From: Malacoraja senta
Lineage: Eukaryota
Assembly (NCBI GenBank): GCA_038087875.1
Contig: CM075994.1
Location: 6,448,001-6,512,000, forward strand
Reading direction: 5' to 3'
Length of the DNA: 64,000 nucleotides
This document shows, piece by piece, positions 23,518 through 36,500 of the stretch. Both the position numbers and the translations under genes were made by a program. The notes below the pieces were generated by a model. That model did no database searches. It saw only the letters and a list, made by a program, of their open reading frames with translations, and had not been told where the DNA came from. The stretch's first letter is position 1. Each line of letters opens with the position of its first letter.

Positions 23518-24688
23518 CTCTCTCCAATGAAACTGAATAACATAAATTATAATAAGAACCCAATTATTCATAGTACAATCCGTATTTGGAAACAAATAAA
23601 ACAAAATTTAAAATTAAGAAACTTATCACTTTTATTACCTATAGTCAATAACCCTTCGTTTAGTCCTTCTATTATAGATAAAGCTTATACACAATGGGAT
23701 AGACTAGGAATTAAAACGCTTGGTGACTTGTATGAAACTGGAAAATTACTTTCATTTCAACAATTACAAATAAAATATAAACTCGGAAATAATCAATATT
23801 TTAAATATTTTCAAATATGCGACTATTTAATACAATTTAAAATTTTACATAGATTATATTATTCGAAAACTAAAATTCATAAAATTTTCCCAAACGTATC
23901 ATCTATTTGTGATAAATGTCAATCCCAAGAAGCAACTATAGCGCACTCATTCGTCTTCTGTACAAAAATTCAAAAATTTTGGAATGAAATTTTTGAAATC
24001 TTTACAAAGTTATTTAAAACAAGACTGATACCCAAAGCAGAATGGATTATCTTCGGAATAACGGAAGATGATCCAGAACTAAATGTGTTTCAAAAGAAAT
24101 TAATGGACTATGGGTTAATAACTGGAAAAAAGCTAATTCTAAAATTTTGGAAGAAGGCTCCAATACCAACTATAAATATGTGGATTTCAAATATGTTTGA
24201 AACATTACACCTAGAAGAGATAAGACTCCTCCTAGCAGGTAAACCAGATCACTTCCACCTGACGTGGTCTGCATTTATAGAATTATTACAAACATAGGGT
24301 GCAAAAGTACTTTAAAAAAATAAAAAAAATTGAGGTCAGGTAAGGGGGGATGATAGTTGAAGAGTTGGTATGTCCTATTTACGTGATGCTCAAAAAAAAA
24401 CATTTGTTTTTCTTTTTTTCTCTTTCTCTTTTCTTTTCTTAGGGCCTATTTCTTAACTCTTTTTCTTTTTGTTTTTAATTTCGCTCTTATAGGGTCTTCG
24501 TCCTTTTTTGTTGTTACATTTTCTACACTTTTCTACACTTGCACTTTTTCCTTCACTTTCTTCTTTCTTTCAATCTTTTCCTTTTCTAGTGTAAAAAAAT
24601 AAATAAAGGGAGTACATTAATTGTAAGAAGATATAAATGACGAGTATTAATGTATGTGGTTGTAATGTAATGTACTTCTAATAAATAA

Positions 24689-24719
<31 letters not shown>
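23518..24719 (+). mobile_element. 5'-truncated L1-clade LINE with poly(A) and 15-bp TSD
   Basis: ORF2 C-terminus with CDKC...HSFVFC zinc-knuckle, AATAAA plus poly(A). TSD AAGAAACATGACCTC at 23503-23517 and 24720-24734. Confidence 0.9.
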
Positions 24720-24722
<3 letters not shown>

Positions 24723-26121
24723 AAACATGACCTCTTTCAATAAAGTTCATGAAGTTATTAAATTTAAGGGCAGAGCAGTGGTGCAGCTGGTAGAGCCGCT
24801 GCCTCGCAGCATCAGAGAACGGAGTTCGATTCTGACCTCTGGTACTCTCTGTGTGCAGTTTGCATGTTGTTGGGTAGTTTTCCTCCGGGTGCTCCGGTTT
24901 CCACCCTTGTAGGTTAATTGGCCCTCAGTAAATTGTCCCTAGTGTATACGGGATGGGTGAGATAACCGGATAACATAGAACTAGCGTTTGAAGGCACTGG
25001 GCCTGTACTCGATGGAGTTTAGAAGGATGAGGGGGGACCTCATTGAAACTTACCGAACAGTGAAAGGCCTGGATAGAGTGGATGCGGAGAGGATGTTCTC
25101 TTTAGAAAAGGGATGAGAAGGAATTTATTTAGTCTGAAGGTGGTGGAACTCATTGCCACAGATGGCTGTGGAGGCCAAGTCAATGGATATTTTTAAGGCG
25201 GAGATTGACTGATTCTTGATTAATGAGTGTGTCAGGGGTTATGGGAAGAAGGGAGGAGAATATTGTTGAGAGGGAAAGACAGATCAGCCATGATTGAATG
25301 GCGGAGTAGACTTGATTCAGCCTTATTCTGCTTCTAGAACTTATGGATTTATGGACTAGTGAGAACGGATGATCGATGGTCGACGTGGTCGACGTGGTTA
25401 CGGTGGGCCGAAGGACATGTTTCCGTGCTGTATCTGTAAATTAAACCAAACAAAAACATTGACCCAGTTTCTGTCTCTACTGCGACGTTTGTGGTTATGT
25501 CCATTATTAAAACCATTTGCTGATCCCCAAGTTCTGACTTCGAGCATTTACTTTCGCCTCTGCATCATTGAACTATTAACTTGATCGGCACCATTCCCGG
25601 ATTCCTATTAGCCTATTAAACACTACAACAACGTCCAAATAAACCCTGAACTACACAGACTATTGAGGGCGGCATGATAGTGCAACGGTATAGTTGCTGC
25701 CTTACAGCGCTAGAGGCCCGCGTTCGATCCTGACTGCGGGTGCTGTTTGTACGGAGTTTGTAAGTTCTCCCTATGACCTGCGTGGGTTTTCCCGGGTGCT
25801 CCGGTTCCCTCCCACATTCCAAAGAGATACAGATTTGTAGGTTAATTAGCTTAGGTAAAATTGTAAATTATCCCTCATGTGTGTATGATAGTGTTAGTGT
25901 GTGGGATAACTGGTCGGTGCGGACTAGATTAGCCGAAGGTCCTGTTTCCGCGCTGTATTTCTAAACTACACTATACTATTATTGTTATTATTGCATTATT
26001 ATTGTTTGTTTATATGTACATATATGCGTATTATGTGCGTATGTGCGCGTATATATATATATTCAATATTTGCGCACTTATATTCATAAGCGCACATTTT
26101 ATATATATATATGTGCGTGCA

Positions 26122-26152
<31 letters not shown>

Positions 26153-26590
26153 AGAAAATAGACACAAAATGCTGGAGTAACTCAGCGGAACAGGCAGAAT
26201 CTCTGGACAGAAGGAATGGGTAACGTTTCGGGTCGAGACCCTTCTTCAGACTGTCCAGCTGAGTTACTTCAGCATTTCGTGTCTATATTCAGTGTAAACC
26301 AGCATCTGCAGTTCCTTAATTTTCTTATATATACACATATAAACACACACACATACACACACGCATATATTTTAATATATATATACACATATACGCACAC
26401 ATACGCACATAATACGTATGTGTACATAAAAACAAACAATAACAATGCAATAACAATAATAGTATATGTATATATCTGTGTGTGCGTTTATTATATTGTT
26501 TACAGTGTACTATATTTACATATTTTGTTGTGCTGCTGCATGTAAGAATTTCATTTTTCTATCTGGGTCATTTGATAATAAAACATTCTT

Positions 26591-29500
26591 TTTTGTAATA
26601 AAAAATTTTATTGGAGGTAAATACATATCATATTAAAATCGTTACCAGTCTTTCATTTCTAAATTAATAATATTGTCAAACATTATTCACATTGTCTCCA
26701 ATGATTTTTTTTTAAAGTAGAAATAAAAAGATAGATGAAAGAAAGAGAGAAAAGAGAGAAAATAAAATTTAAAAAAAAAAGAAAGAAAGAGATAATAAAG
26801 AAGAATGGAATAACTTACTAAAAAAAACTTCATTCGAGATATATTCGTACATTTCAGAGTATAACATTTCATCTATTCCTTGGCTCGAGTGCTAGTCAGG
26901 TTCCCGTGCTGAACCATTCTGACCCTTTAGATAATCAATAAATGGAGACCATGTTCCAACAAATAATTCTTGTTGGTCCAAGTCTAATTCTTTCCAAGTG
27001 TAAGGTCTCCGTCATTTCTATACTCCACATTTTAATTGTGGGGGTTATAGGACCTTTCCAAAATGTTAGAATTAATTTTTTCCCAGTTATTATACTATAA
27101 TCAATAAAGTTTCTTTGAGTTGTTGTAAATGTTTGATTTGGTTCTAATATTCCTAGTATTATTAATCTTGGACCGGGTCCAATTGAGTGCTGGTAACTAT
27201 AGATATTATTCTAAAAATATTTGCCCAGAATTTTTTAATTTTTATACAATTCGCAAACGTACGAGTTAAGTTAGCATCTAAATGTTGACATTTATCACAT
27301 ATAGGGGAAAATGTGGGAAGATTTTATTTAATTTTGTTTTAGAATAATGTAACCTATGTAGTACTTTGAATTGTATTAGAGAGTGTCTGGCATTTAATGA
27401 ACATTGATGTATGTGTTGTAAACTTTCTTCCCAAGTATCTTTCGTTATTATTTGATTTAGTTCTTTTTCCCATGTTTGTCTGTGTAAATCCGTCGATGGA
27501 ATCTCGCTATCTAATAAAATATTATATATGTAAGATATTAATTTTTCTGTATTAGGGTGTTTATTCCAACAGTCATCAAGAATTTCTGAATTTCTAATTC
27601 TAAAGTTTTGAGTACTTGCTTTTACATAATCTCTAAATTGAAGATATCTGAAAAAATCATTTACTTGAAGTCCATAAGTCTGTTGCAGCTCCTGAAATGA
27701 AAGAAAAGTGCCTTCTTTGTAAAGTTGTCCCATCATTTTAATTCCATAAATTTTCCATTGTGTGAAACCTTTATCCAACCATGAGGGTTTAAATAAAGGG
27801 TTATTCACAATTGGAAGAAAAAGTGATAAATTATCTAATTTTAATGTCTTTTTTAATTGTTTCCAAATTCGCATAGCACTATATATTATAGGATTTTCCC
27901 TATACATTTTTTTGTTTAATTTAGAAGTAGCAAATAGTATCGAGCCGATTTCAAAAGGTAAACAATCTTCCTATTCAATTTTTAACCAATCTGGTTGTTG
28001 ATCTATTTCTTCCAACCAAAAATTCATATTTTTAATGTTAACTGCCCAAAAATAAAACAAAAAGTTTGGTAGAACTAAACCTCCATTTATTTTTGATTTG
28101 CACAGATGTTTTTTGCTTATCCTATGATTCTTATAATCCCAGATAAAGTCACTGATAACGGAATCAAACTTTTTGAAAATGTTTTTTGACAAGTATATCG
28201 GAATTGTTTGAAAAGGGTATAATATTTGTGGTAAGAAAATCATTTTTATGGCATTAATTTTACCAACCATTGAGATAGGAAGTGTTTTCCAGTACTGAAT
28301 ATTCTTATGTAGTTTATTCAGTAATGGGGGGAAATTTGATTTAAATAATGATGTATATGTCTTAGTGACATAAATTCCTAGGTATTTAAATTTTTCATTT
28401 ACTATTTTAAACGGGAATTGTTGTAGTATATGTTTATTATGTTCCCTTATTGGCATAATTTCACTTTTATTCCAATTTATTCTGTATCCAGAGAGTGAAC
28501 CAAATTGGGTTATTAGCTTTAATAAATTTGTAATACTAATTTCTGGTTTTGTAATGTAAATTAATACATCATCTGCGTATAGAGAAATTGTATTCACTGT
28601 GTCCTTTGTATTATACCCATATATTTCCGGGTGGGTCCTAACTCTTTCTGCGAGTGGCTCAATAGCAAGCGCAAATAATAATGGAGACAACGGGCATCCT
28701 TGTCTGCAACCTCTAGATAGGTTAAATTTAGATGATAACCTTTGGTTTGTTAATATTCTAGTCGTTGGGTTAGTATATAACAGTTTTATCCATGCGCAGA
28801 ATTTCTCGCCCAGTTGCAATTTTTCCATCACCGAAAATAAATAGGGCCATTCAACCTGATCAAAAGCTTTTTCGGCATCAAGTGAGATTATTGCTAGATC
28901 TTCATTAGTAATTCTCTTTGAGTATATTATATTAAATAATCATCTCAAAATAAAATATGTATACCGTTTCTGAATAAAGCCTGTTTGGTCAGGGTGTATT
29001 AATTTATTCATCACTGTACTTAATCAGTGCGCTAGAATTTTAGTTAGTATTTTCTGATCTGTATTTAAAAGTGCAATTGCTCTATATGATCCTGGATCTT
29101 CAGGATCCTTATCAGCCTTTGGTATGAGTGTTATTATAGATTTGTTTAAGGTATCTGGGAGTTTCTGTTGAGTATAAATATACTCATACAGTATTTGTAA
29201 ACGTGGAGAGAGCAAATCGTAAATTTTTGTATAAAATTCAGAGCCTAAACCATCTGGACCTACTGCTTTACCATTTTTTAAAGATCTGATAGACTCTTCA
29301 ATATCTTTTATCGTAATTTCAGCTTCTAATAATTCTCTATCTTTTGAGTCTAAACCTTTTAAATTACATTTTTGTAAAAATTCTGCTATTCCTTCCGGTT
29401 GTTCTACAGTTTTAGTTGAATAAAGATTATGATAGTATTGGAGAAATCTCCCGTTTATATCCTTGGGCAGTTTTAATAATTCTCCCGTATCTGATCTAAT

Positions 29501-32500
29501 TTTATGAATAATTTTTTCCCCCTCCAATTTTCGGAGCTGACGTGCTAATAGTTTTTGTGGTTTGTCTCCGAATTCGAATTGTAATTGTTTAGTGTGTTGA
29601 TAAAGTTTTATTACTTGTTCTGAATACATTTTGTTTAATTTATATTTCAATACAGCGATTTTATTATGTTTTAACATAGATGTCGCATTTTCTATATCTA
29701 GTTGCTTTATTTCCCTTTCCAATGTCTGTTGTTTAATCCGGTTCTCTTTGTTATAAAATACTTGGGAGGAAATTAATGCACCTCGTACAAACGCTTTAAA
29801 TGTTTCCCAAATAAGAGAAACAGATGTGCCAGGGGTGTCATTAGTCTCGAAAAATGTTTGAATCTGTTTAATAAGATATTCCTGACATGATCTTTCATTC
29901 AAGATTTGTGGATTAAGTCTCCAATATGTTTGTTTCTCGGCCATTCCATTTAATTTAATCATAAATGTTAAAGGTGCATGGTGTGAGATTATAATATTAT
30001 GGTATTTTGAATTATAAGTAAAAGGGATAAACGTTGAGTCAACTAAAAAATAGTCTATTCTTGAGTATGTTTTATGTACCGGTGAATAAAATGAGTATTC
30101 CCGTCCAGTTGGATTTTCAATTCTCCAGACATCCTTAATATTAGTGGTATAAATAAATGAGTTTAGAAATACACTTGATTGAGATTTTACTTTTTTTTGC
30201 CTTGATGATCTATCTAAATAAGGGTCTAATGTACAATTTAAGTCTCCTCCAATTATTAATTAATATTGTGTAAATTCTGGGATTATATTAAATGTTTTAT
30301 TAAAAAACATAGGATTATCAAAATTTGGTCCGTATACATTAAGAAGAATCACTTTTTTTCCATTTAACTCTCCAACTAATAAAATATATCTACCATCAAT
30401 ATCCGCTATTGTTGATGAATGAGTAAAAGATATCCCTTTACGAATTAATATTGCAACTCCTCTGGACTTGTGTGAAAAAGAGGAATGGTACGTTTCAGCA
30501 ATTAGCTAATATTCCTTTTTAAGGTGTGTTTCTTGGAGGAATATTATATCTGTCTTGAGTGAATTTAAATGTGCTAAAACTTTACCTCTCTTAATTGGTT
30601 CATTAATTCCCTTAACATTCAAACTACAAAACGTTATTCCTTCACCCCCTCTTGTCATATTACCATCTTGCATATTGTTTCTAGGGTGGTCTATAGCCAA
30701 GCAGAAGGTACAACACACAAGACCTGATCCTGTCCCCGAACCTCAGATAGATGAATTTTAAATTACGTACATCGCTCTTCCGAACACATCTCCTTGAATT
30801 AATCTTGTAGTTCCATTCAAACTTAAAATTATAACAATATTTAAAGTGAAAGAAGTAATATAATTGGTTAGTATAGTGAGAGAAAAGAAACTACATCTAC
30901 AATTAGTGTAGTTAGTGATAGCCACACTAGCGTGGCTAGAATTCTAAAGACTTCCGTAGCCTTTGTAAAAGAAAAAATCCTAGCTCCGTGCTTTTCAAAA
31001 AAAGAATTAAAAATATTTTTAACAATAAAATAATTTCTTCGGGAGTAACAAAAAAAATTAAACAAAAGGATTTCTTAATTCCTTAGTTAACAACATTATT
31101 GTTCTCTAAATACCGTGTTAATATCCTCTTTAAGTATGTATTTTTAATTTTTAGTTGAAAAATAAAGAGAAAAACCATCAAGCCTTATTAATACATGGGC
31201 TAAATTAACTCTTACTTATAATCATATAACATATATAAACTATTTCTACGTTAACCAGAAACTGTTAGTTATTAATCATTGTTAGTAATCATATGCAATA
31301 GTAAATATTTATGAATAATATAAATGTTAATAATTTTAGTAGTAATATTGATATTTAATACGTATTAGTAGTTAAATGAATGGTTAAATATGAATATACT
31401 AAATAATAATAGTGATTAGTAACAATTAACAATAACTGTGATATTATTGTTCTTGGAATTTATACTAAACACAAAAGATGAATATAAAAATGGAGAAATT
31501 AAGAGAGAAAAAAAAAACCAGGTTTTCTCCAACGTCCATTTCAATTTTCAGTAGTCCTTAAAGTTCTTAAAAGTACTTTAAAGTTCCTTTTAGACCTGGC
31601 AAGGTCCCGTTGCTCCTTGACTCCTGGGGAGTGATGTATATTGTTCAGTCTGTGTTCACATTCCCGATGCCTTTGGCGTATTCCAGTGCTTTTTCATGGT
31701 CTATAAAAAGTTGCTCCTTCTCTTTGTAGGTGACTCTTAGTGTTGCGGGATAAATCAAGCCGTATCTCAAATCAGGTATGTTCCTCAGTATTCTTTTTGT
31801 CTCAGTAAACAGCGCTCTCTTCTTGAACACCTTCGGGTAGTCTCTGTAGATACTTATCCTCTCTCCTTCAAAAGAGAGCTCTCTGCTACAGACAATTTTC
31901 TTCATTATATCATCAAATTCGTGATCAAGTTGCACCTTTACTATAATTTGTCTTGGGTGAGCATCATCTCGTGTACGACGCCCCTGCGCTCTATGTGCTC
32001 GACCAAGTAAAGGTTTTTGATCCAATTTTAGGGCTTTTTGTAGTAAATCTGCCGCAAAATCCCGAGGGCCAATACCCCTCTCTCTTCCTTCTTTAACACC
32101 TACAATTCTTAAGTTCTGGCGTCTTTGACGCCCCTCCAGGTCAGTACACTTTCCACTTAGTTTAGTCACCATTTCAGAGAGGCGTTGATTTTCGGTAAGG
32201 AGTCGATTTACAGTTTCCGCACTTGTCACAGCACATTTCTCTAGTTCAGTTATTGCTGTATTTTGTTGATCCAATATCAGATGGATGGGGTCCACCTTTT
32301 CATTAAGGTTCGATTCCACCGAAGTGATCCTGACTTCCACCTCTTCCATCTGACCCTTGACCTCTTCTTCCATCGAACTCTTCCAATCCTCCAGTATGCC
32401 TTGGACGGTAGAAATCATTTCTGCTTTAAAATCTACCTTAAAAGCGTTGTTCCTCATTAAAATTCAGCTTTTCCTCAAAGGCTTTCAACTGTACTTGAAT

Positions 32501-32845
32501 ATTTTTAATTTCAATGGTGAGAAAGTTTTTAAGTTCTTCAACTTCCGATTATTTTTGCCTTGTTTCTTCAATGTGTCTTCCTGGGACATCGTTGCACCTG
32601 AGGCCGAGGCTTCGGTTAGGCCTACCTCTTCCGTCGGTTGTTTTGCTTTACCGGCCTTTTTTGTCCCCCTGGGGGGGAATGTTATATCGACACACCGGTA
32701 GAGTCGCGCGCCTGATGACGTCACTCGCAGCAGGCAGCCGTTCAAATCACAGTCGCCACAGGTAAGTCCCGATTTTTCTCCCGTTTTCAGATTTTCAGCA
32801 CGGAGCTAGTTGACGCTGGGCTTTATGCCTCCATAGCGCCACCGG
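26591..32845 (-). mobile_element. Full-length L1-clade LINE (about 6.25 kb, ORFs disrupted) with 11-bp TSD
   Basis: ORF1 31645-32457 (coiled coil, LEGRQRRQNLRIVG); ORF2 endonuclease (SLNVKGIN..FLQETHL) near 30630 and RT (GCRQGCPLSP, YADD) fragments. TSD AAAACATTCTT at 26580-26590 and 32846-32856. Confidence 0.95.
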
Positions 32846-33477
32846 AAAACATTCTTGACTTGAATCTTGAGATGATACCTGAGGGAGAAGGAAACATGAA
32901 TTGTTGTTGGTTGGTTGAAATAATGGTTGGATTCCATAAAATGAATCATACTTTTGAGTTCAGCAATACAGCATTTTAAAGACATTTTAATAGAATGATC
33001 CCGGGGATGAGTGGGTTAACGTAAGATTAGCGTTTGGTGGCATTGGGCCAGTACGCGTTGGAGTTTAGAAGGACGAGTGGGAATCTCACTGAAACTTAAC
33101 GGATAGTGAAAGGCCTGAATAGAGTGGATGTGGAGAGGATGTTTCCACTAGTGGAAGAGTCTAGGATCAGCGTACGGGTGTCAGCTTTTACGAGGAAAAG
33201 GCAGTAGAATGGGGTTAAGATGGAAAGATAGATCAGCCAAGATTGAATGGCAGAGTAGACTCGAAGGGCTGAATAGCCTAATTCTGCTCCTATGACATGA
33301 ACATTAACTACCTTTCCTCGGCACTAAATTCTGATGCGGGTCTTGTCCAGCATTTCTTTGCCACCACAAATGCTGCTCGAACTGCTGAGATCCTCTAACA
33401 GTTTATTTTTTTCTTGCTACAAATCCAGTATCTGCAGTCTCTTGTGTCTCAATAACAACCTGCCCTTCAGCGAAGAC

Positions 33478-33547
33478 ATGGCGAGGAGAGTTCCTGGGAT
33501 TCACTCCCTCATCGGAATAATTTGGCTACTGTTGAGCGACTCTGGAG
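33478..33547 (+). CDS. Gene B leader exon [23 protein letters not shown]
   Basis: ATG, hydrophobic core, donor G|GTGAGT. Confidence 0.8.
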
Positions 33548-36500
33548 GTGAGTCCATGCCTTGAGCTAGGGATGGGGGTAGCGGTAGGGTGGAAGAAGGT
33601 GTGATACATAGAACAGTACAGCACATGAACAGGCCATTCAGTCCACAACAACCATGCCGAACATTATGCCAAGTTAAAGTAAACCCCTCGCCTGCATATA
33701 ATCCATATGTATTAATTCCCTCTACATCCATGCGCCTTTCGAAAAGCCACTTAAACCCCACTATCGTATCTGCCCTCCACGCATTCCAGCCACCCACCAC
33801 TCGGTGTAAAAGGAATCATGTGGTTCCCCAGTCCCTTCCCCCATCCCGAAGGCGTGCAGGGTTGGAGGTTAATTGCCCGCACTGCGGACGGAGCGGATAC
33901 GAAAGTGGAATATTATAGAACTTGTATGATCGGGAGATCGATGGTTGACATGAATTTGGTGGGCTGAAGGGCCTGTTTCCATGATGTGTCTGTCTGTCTC
34001 CATTTATCTATCTACCTATCCAGGGAGTACAAATACCTGGGTATGTATTCAGGACAGCAAATTGGACTGGTCAATGAACGCTGAGGCCTTGTACAATAAG
34101 CCTGTGCATTTAGAGAAGGCTCAGCCCCTTCACCATCTGCAAGGAGCTGCAGCAGATGTTCTACCAACCGCTGGTATCCAGTGGCATCTTCTTCGCTGCC
34201 ATGTGCTGGGGGAGTCGGGCGATGGCTGCGGACGCCAACAGTATCAACAAATTCATCAGGAAGGCTGGCTCCATCCTGGGGGCAGAGTTGGATTCATGGG
34301 AGGTGGTCTTGGAGGGGAGGATGCTCCTAAAACTGCGGGGCATCCTGGACAACACAGCTCACCCACTCTATGACGCACTGGTCAACCTGAGGCTCACCGT
34401 CAGCAACAGACTGGTTCCACCAAGATGCAGCACAGAACGTCACAGGAGATCCTTCTTCCCTGTGGCTATCAAACTTTACAACTCCTCCCCTTCTGTCGTG
34501 GGGTAGACTGAGACTGAGACCCCCCCCCCCCCACCGACCTCCTCAATCTTTGCACATCCCCAAAGCCTTACCACTTGTCACTTTATCTTCATGATTTGTG
34601 TTCTTTGTGTTTTTATGACTGTTGGCAAATTAATTTCCCTCCTGGGATAAATAAAGTTATATCATATCGTATCGTAACTAAAAGCTTTTCACTGTAGCTC
34701 GGTACATGTGACAATAAACTAAACTATCTTTCTTATCTTCTCATCTATCTATATACAGTTCATTCAGAAAGTATTCAGACCCCTTCACTTTTTCCACATT
34801 TTATTACGTTGCAGCCTTATTCCAAAATTATTTTCTTTTTTTATCATCAATCTACACACAATACCCCATAATAAAAAAGCGAAAACAGGTGTTTAGAAAT
34901 TTTGGAAAGAAATAACTGAAATATCACGTTTACATAAGTATTCAGACCCTTTACTCGGTATTTTGTTGAGGCATCTTTGGCAGCGATTATAGCCTCAAGT
35001 CTTCTTGGGTATGACGCTACATGCTTGGCACATCTGTATTTGGGCAATTTCTCCCATTCTTCTGAGCAGATCTTCTCAAGCTCTGTCAGGTTGGATGTGG
35101 AGTGTCGATCAACAGCTATTTTCAGGTCCCTCCAGAGATGTTCGATCGGGTTCGAGTCCGGGCTCTGGCTGGGCCACTCAAGGACATTCACAGACTTGTC
35201 ACAAAGCCACTCCTGTGTTGTCTTGGCTGTGTGCTCAGGGTCGTTGTCCTGTTGAAAGGTAAACCTCCATCCCAGTCTGAGGTCCTGAATGCTCTGAAGC
35301 AGGTTTTCATTGAGGATCTCTCTGTACTTTGCTCCATTCATCTTTCCCTCGATTCTGACTGGTCTCCCAGTTCCTGCCGCTGATAAACATCCCCACAGCA
35401 TGATGCTGCCACCAGCATGCTTCACCCTAGGTATGGTATTGGCCGGGTGATGAGCGGTGCCTGGTTTCCTCCAGACGTGACACTTGGCATTCAGGCCAAA
35501 GAGTTCAATCTTGGTTTCATCAGACCAGGGAGGTGCCTTTTTGCAAACTCCAAGCGGGCTGTCATGTGCCTTTTACTGAGGAGTGGCTTCCGTCTGGCCA
35601 CTCTATCATAAAGGCCTGATTGATGGAGCGCTGCAGATATAGTTGTCCTTCTTGGAGATTCTCCCATCTTCACAGAGGAACTCTGGAGCTCTGTCAGAGT
35701 GACCATTGGGTTCTTGGTCACCTCCCTGACCAAGGCCCTTATGAAGAGTCCTGGTGGTTCCAAATTTCTTCCATTTAAGAGTGACGAAGCCCACTGTGCT
35801 CTTCGGGACCTGCAATGCTGCAGAAATTGTTTTATACCCTTCTTTAGATCTGTGTATCGATACAATCGTGTGTCTGAGGTCTACGGACAGTTTCTTTGAC
35901 TTCATAGTTCAGTTTTTGCTCTGACATGCACTGTCAACTGTTGGACCTTATATAGACAGGTGTGTGCCTTTCCAAATCATGTCCAATCAATTTAATTTAC
36001 CACTGGTGGACTCCAATCAAGTTGTAGAAACATCTCAAGGGTAATCAATGAAAACAGGTTGCGTCTAAGCTCAATTTTGAGTGTCATAGCAAAGGGTCTG
36101 AATACTTATGTAAATGTGATATTTCAGTTACTTATTTTTAATTACTTAGCAAAAATTTCTAAACACCTGTTTTCGATTTTTTATTATGTGGCATTGTGTG
36201 TAGATTGATGATAATAAAATGAATTCAATCCATTTTAGAATAAGGCTGCAACGTAATAAAATGTGGAAAAGTGAAGGTGTCAGAATACTTTCTGAATGCA
36301 CTGTAATCTATCCATGTAATCTATCAATATATCTAATCTATTTTATATAGCAATCTATAATCTATCTAGTTTATCTAGTTTATCTATCTACGTATTTATC
36401 AATCTAATCTATCCATCCACACTGGGTTCAATCACAACCTCCAAAGATGTCTATGTAGAGTGCATATTCTCCCTGTGACTGACCCTTGCTAACTCCAAAT

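Noticed and set aside
23296-24297. 333-aa ORF, the longest in the window
   Set aside because: Chance fusion of reverse CR1 sequence with a truncated L1 ORF2 C-terminus; not a host gene.
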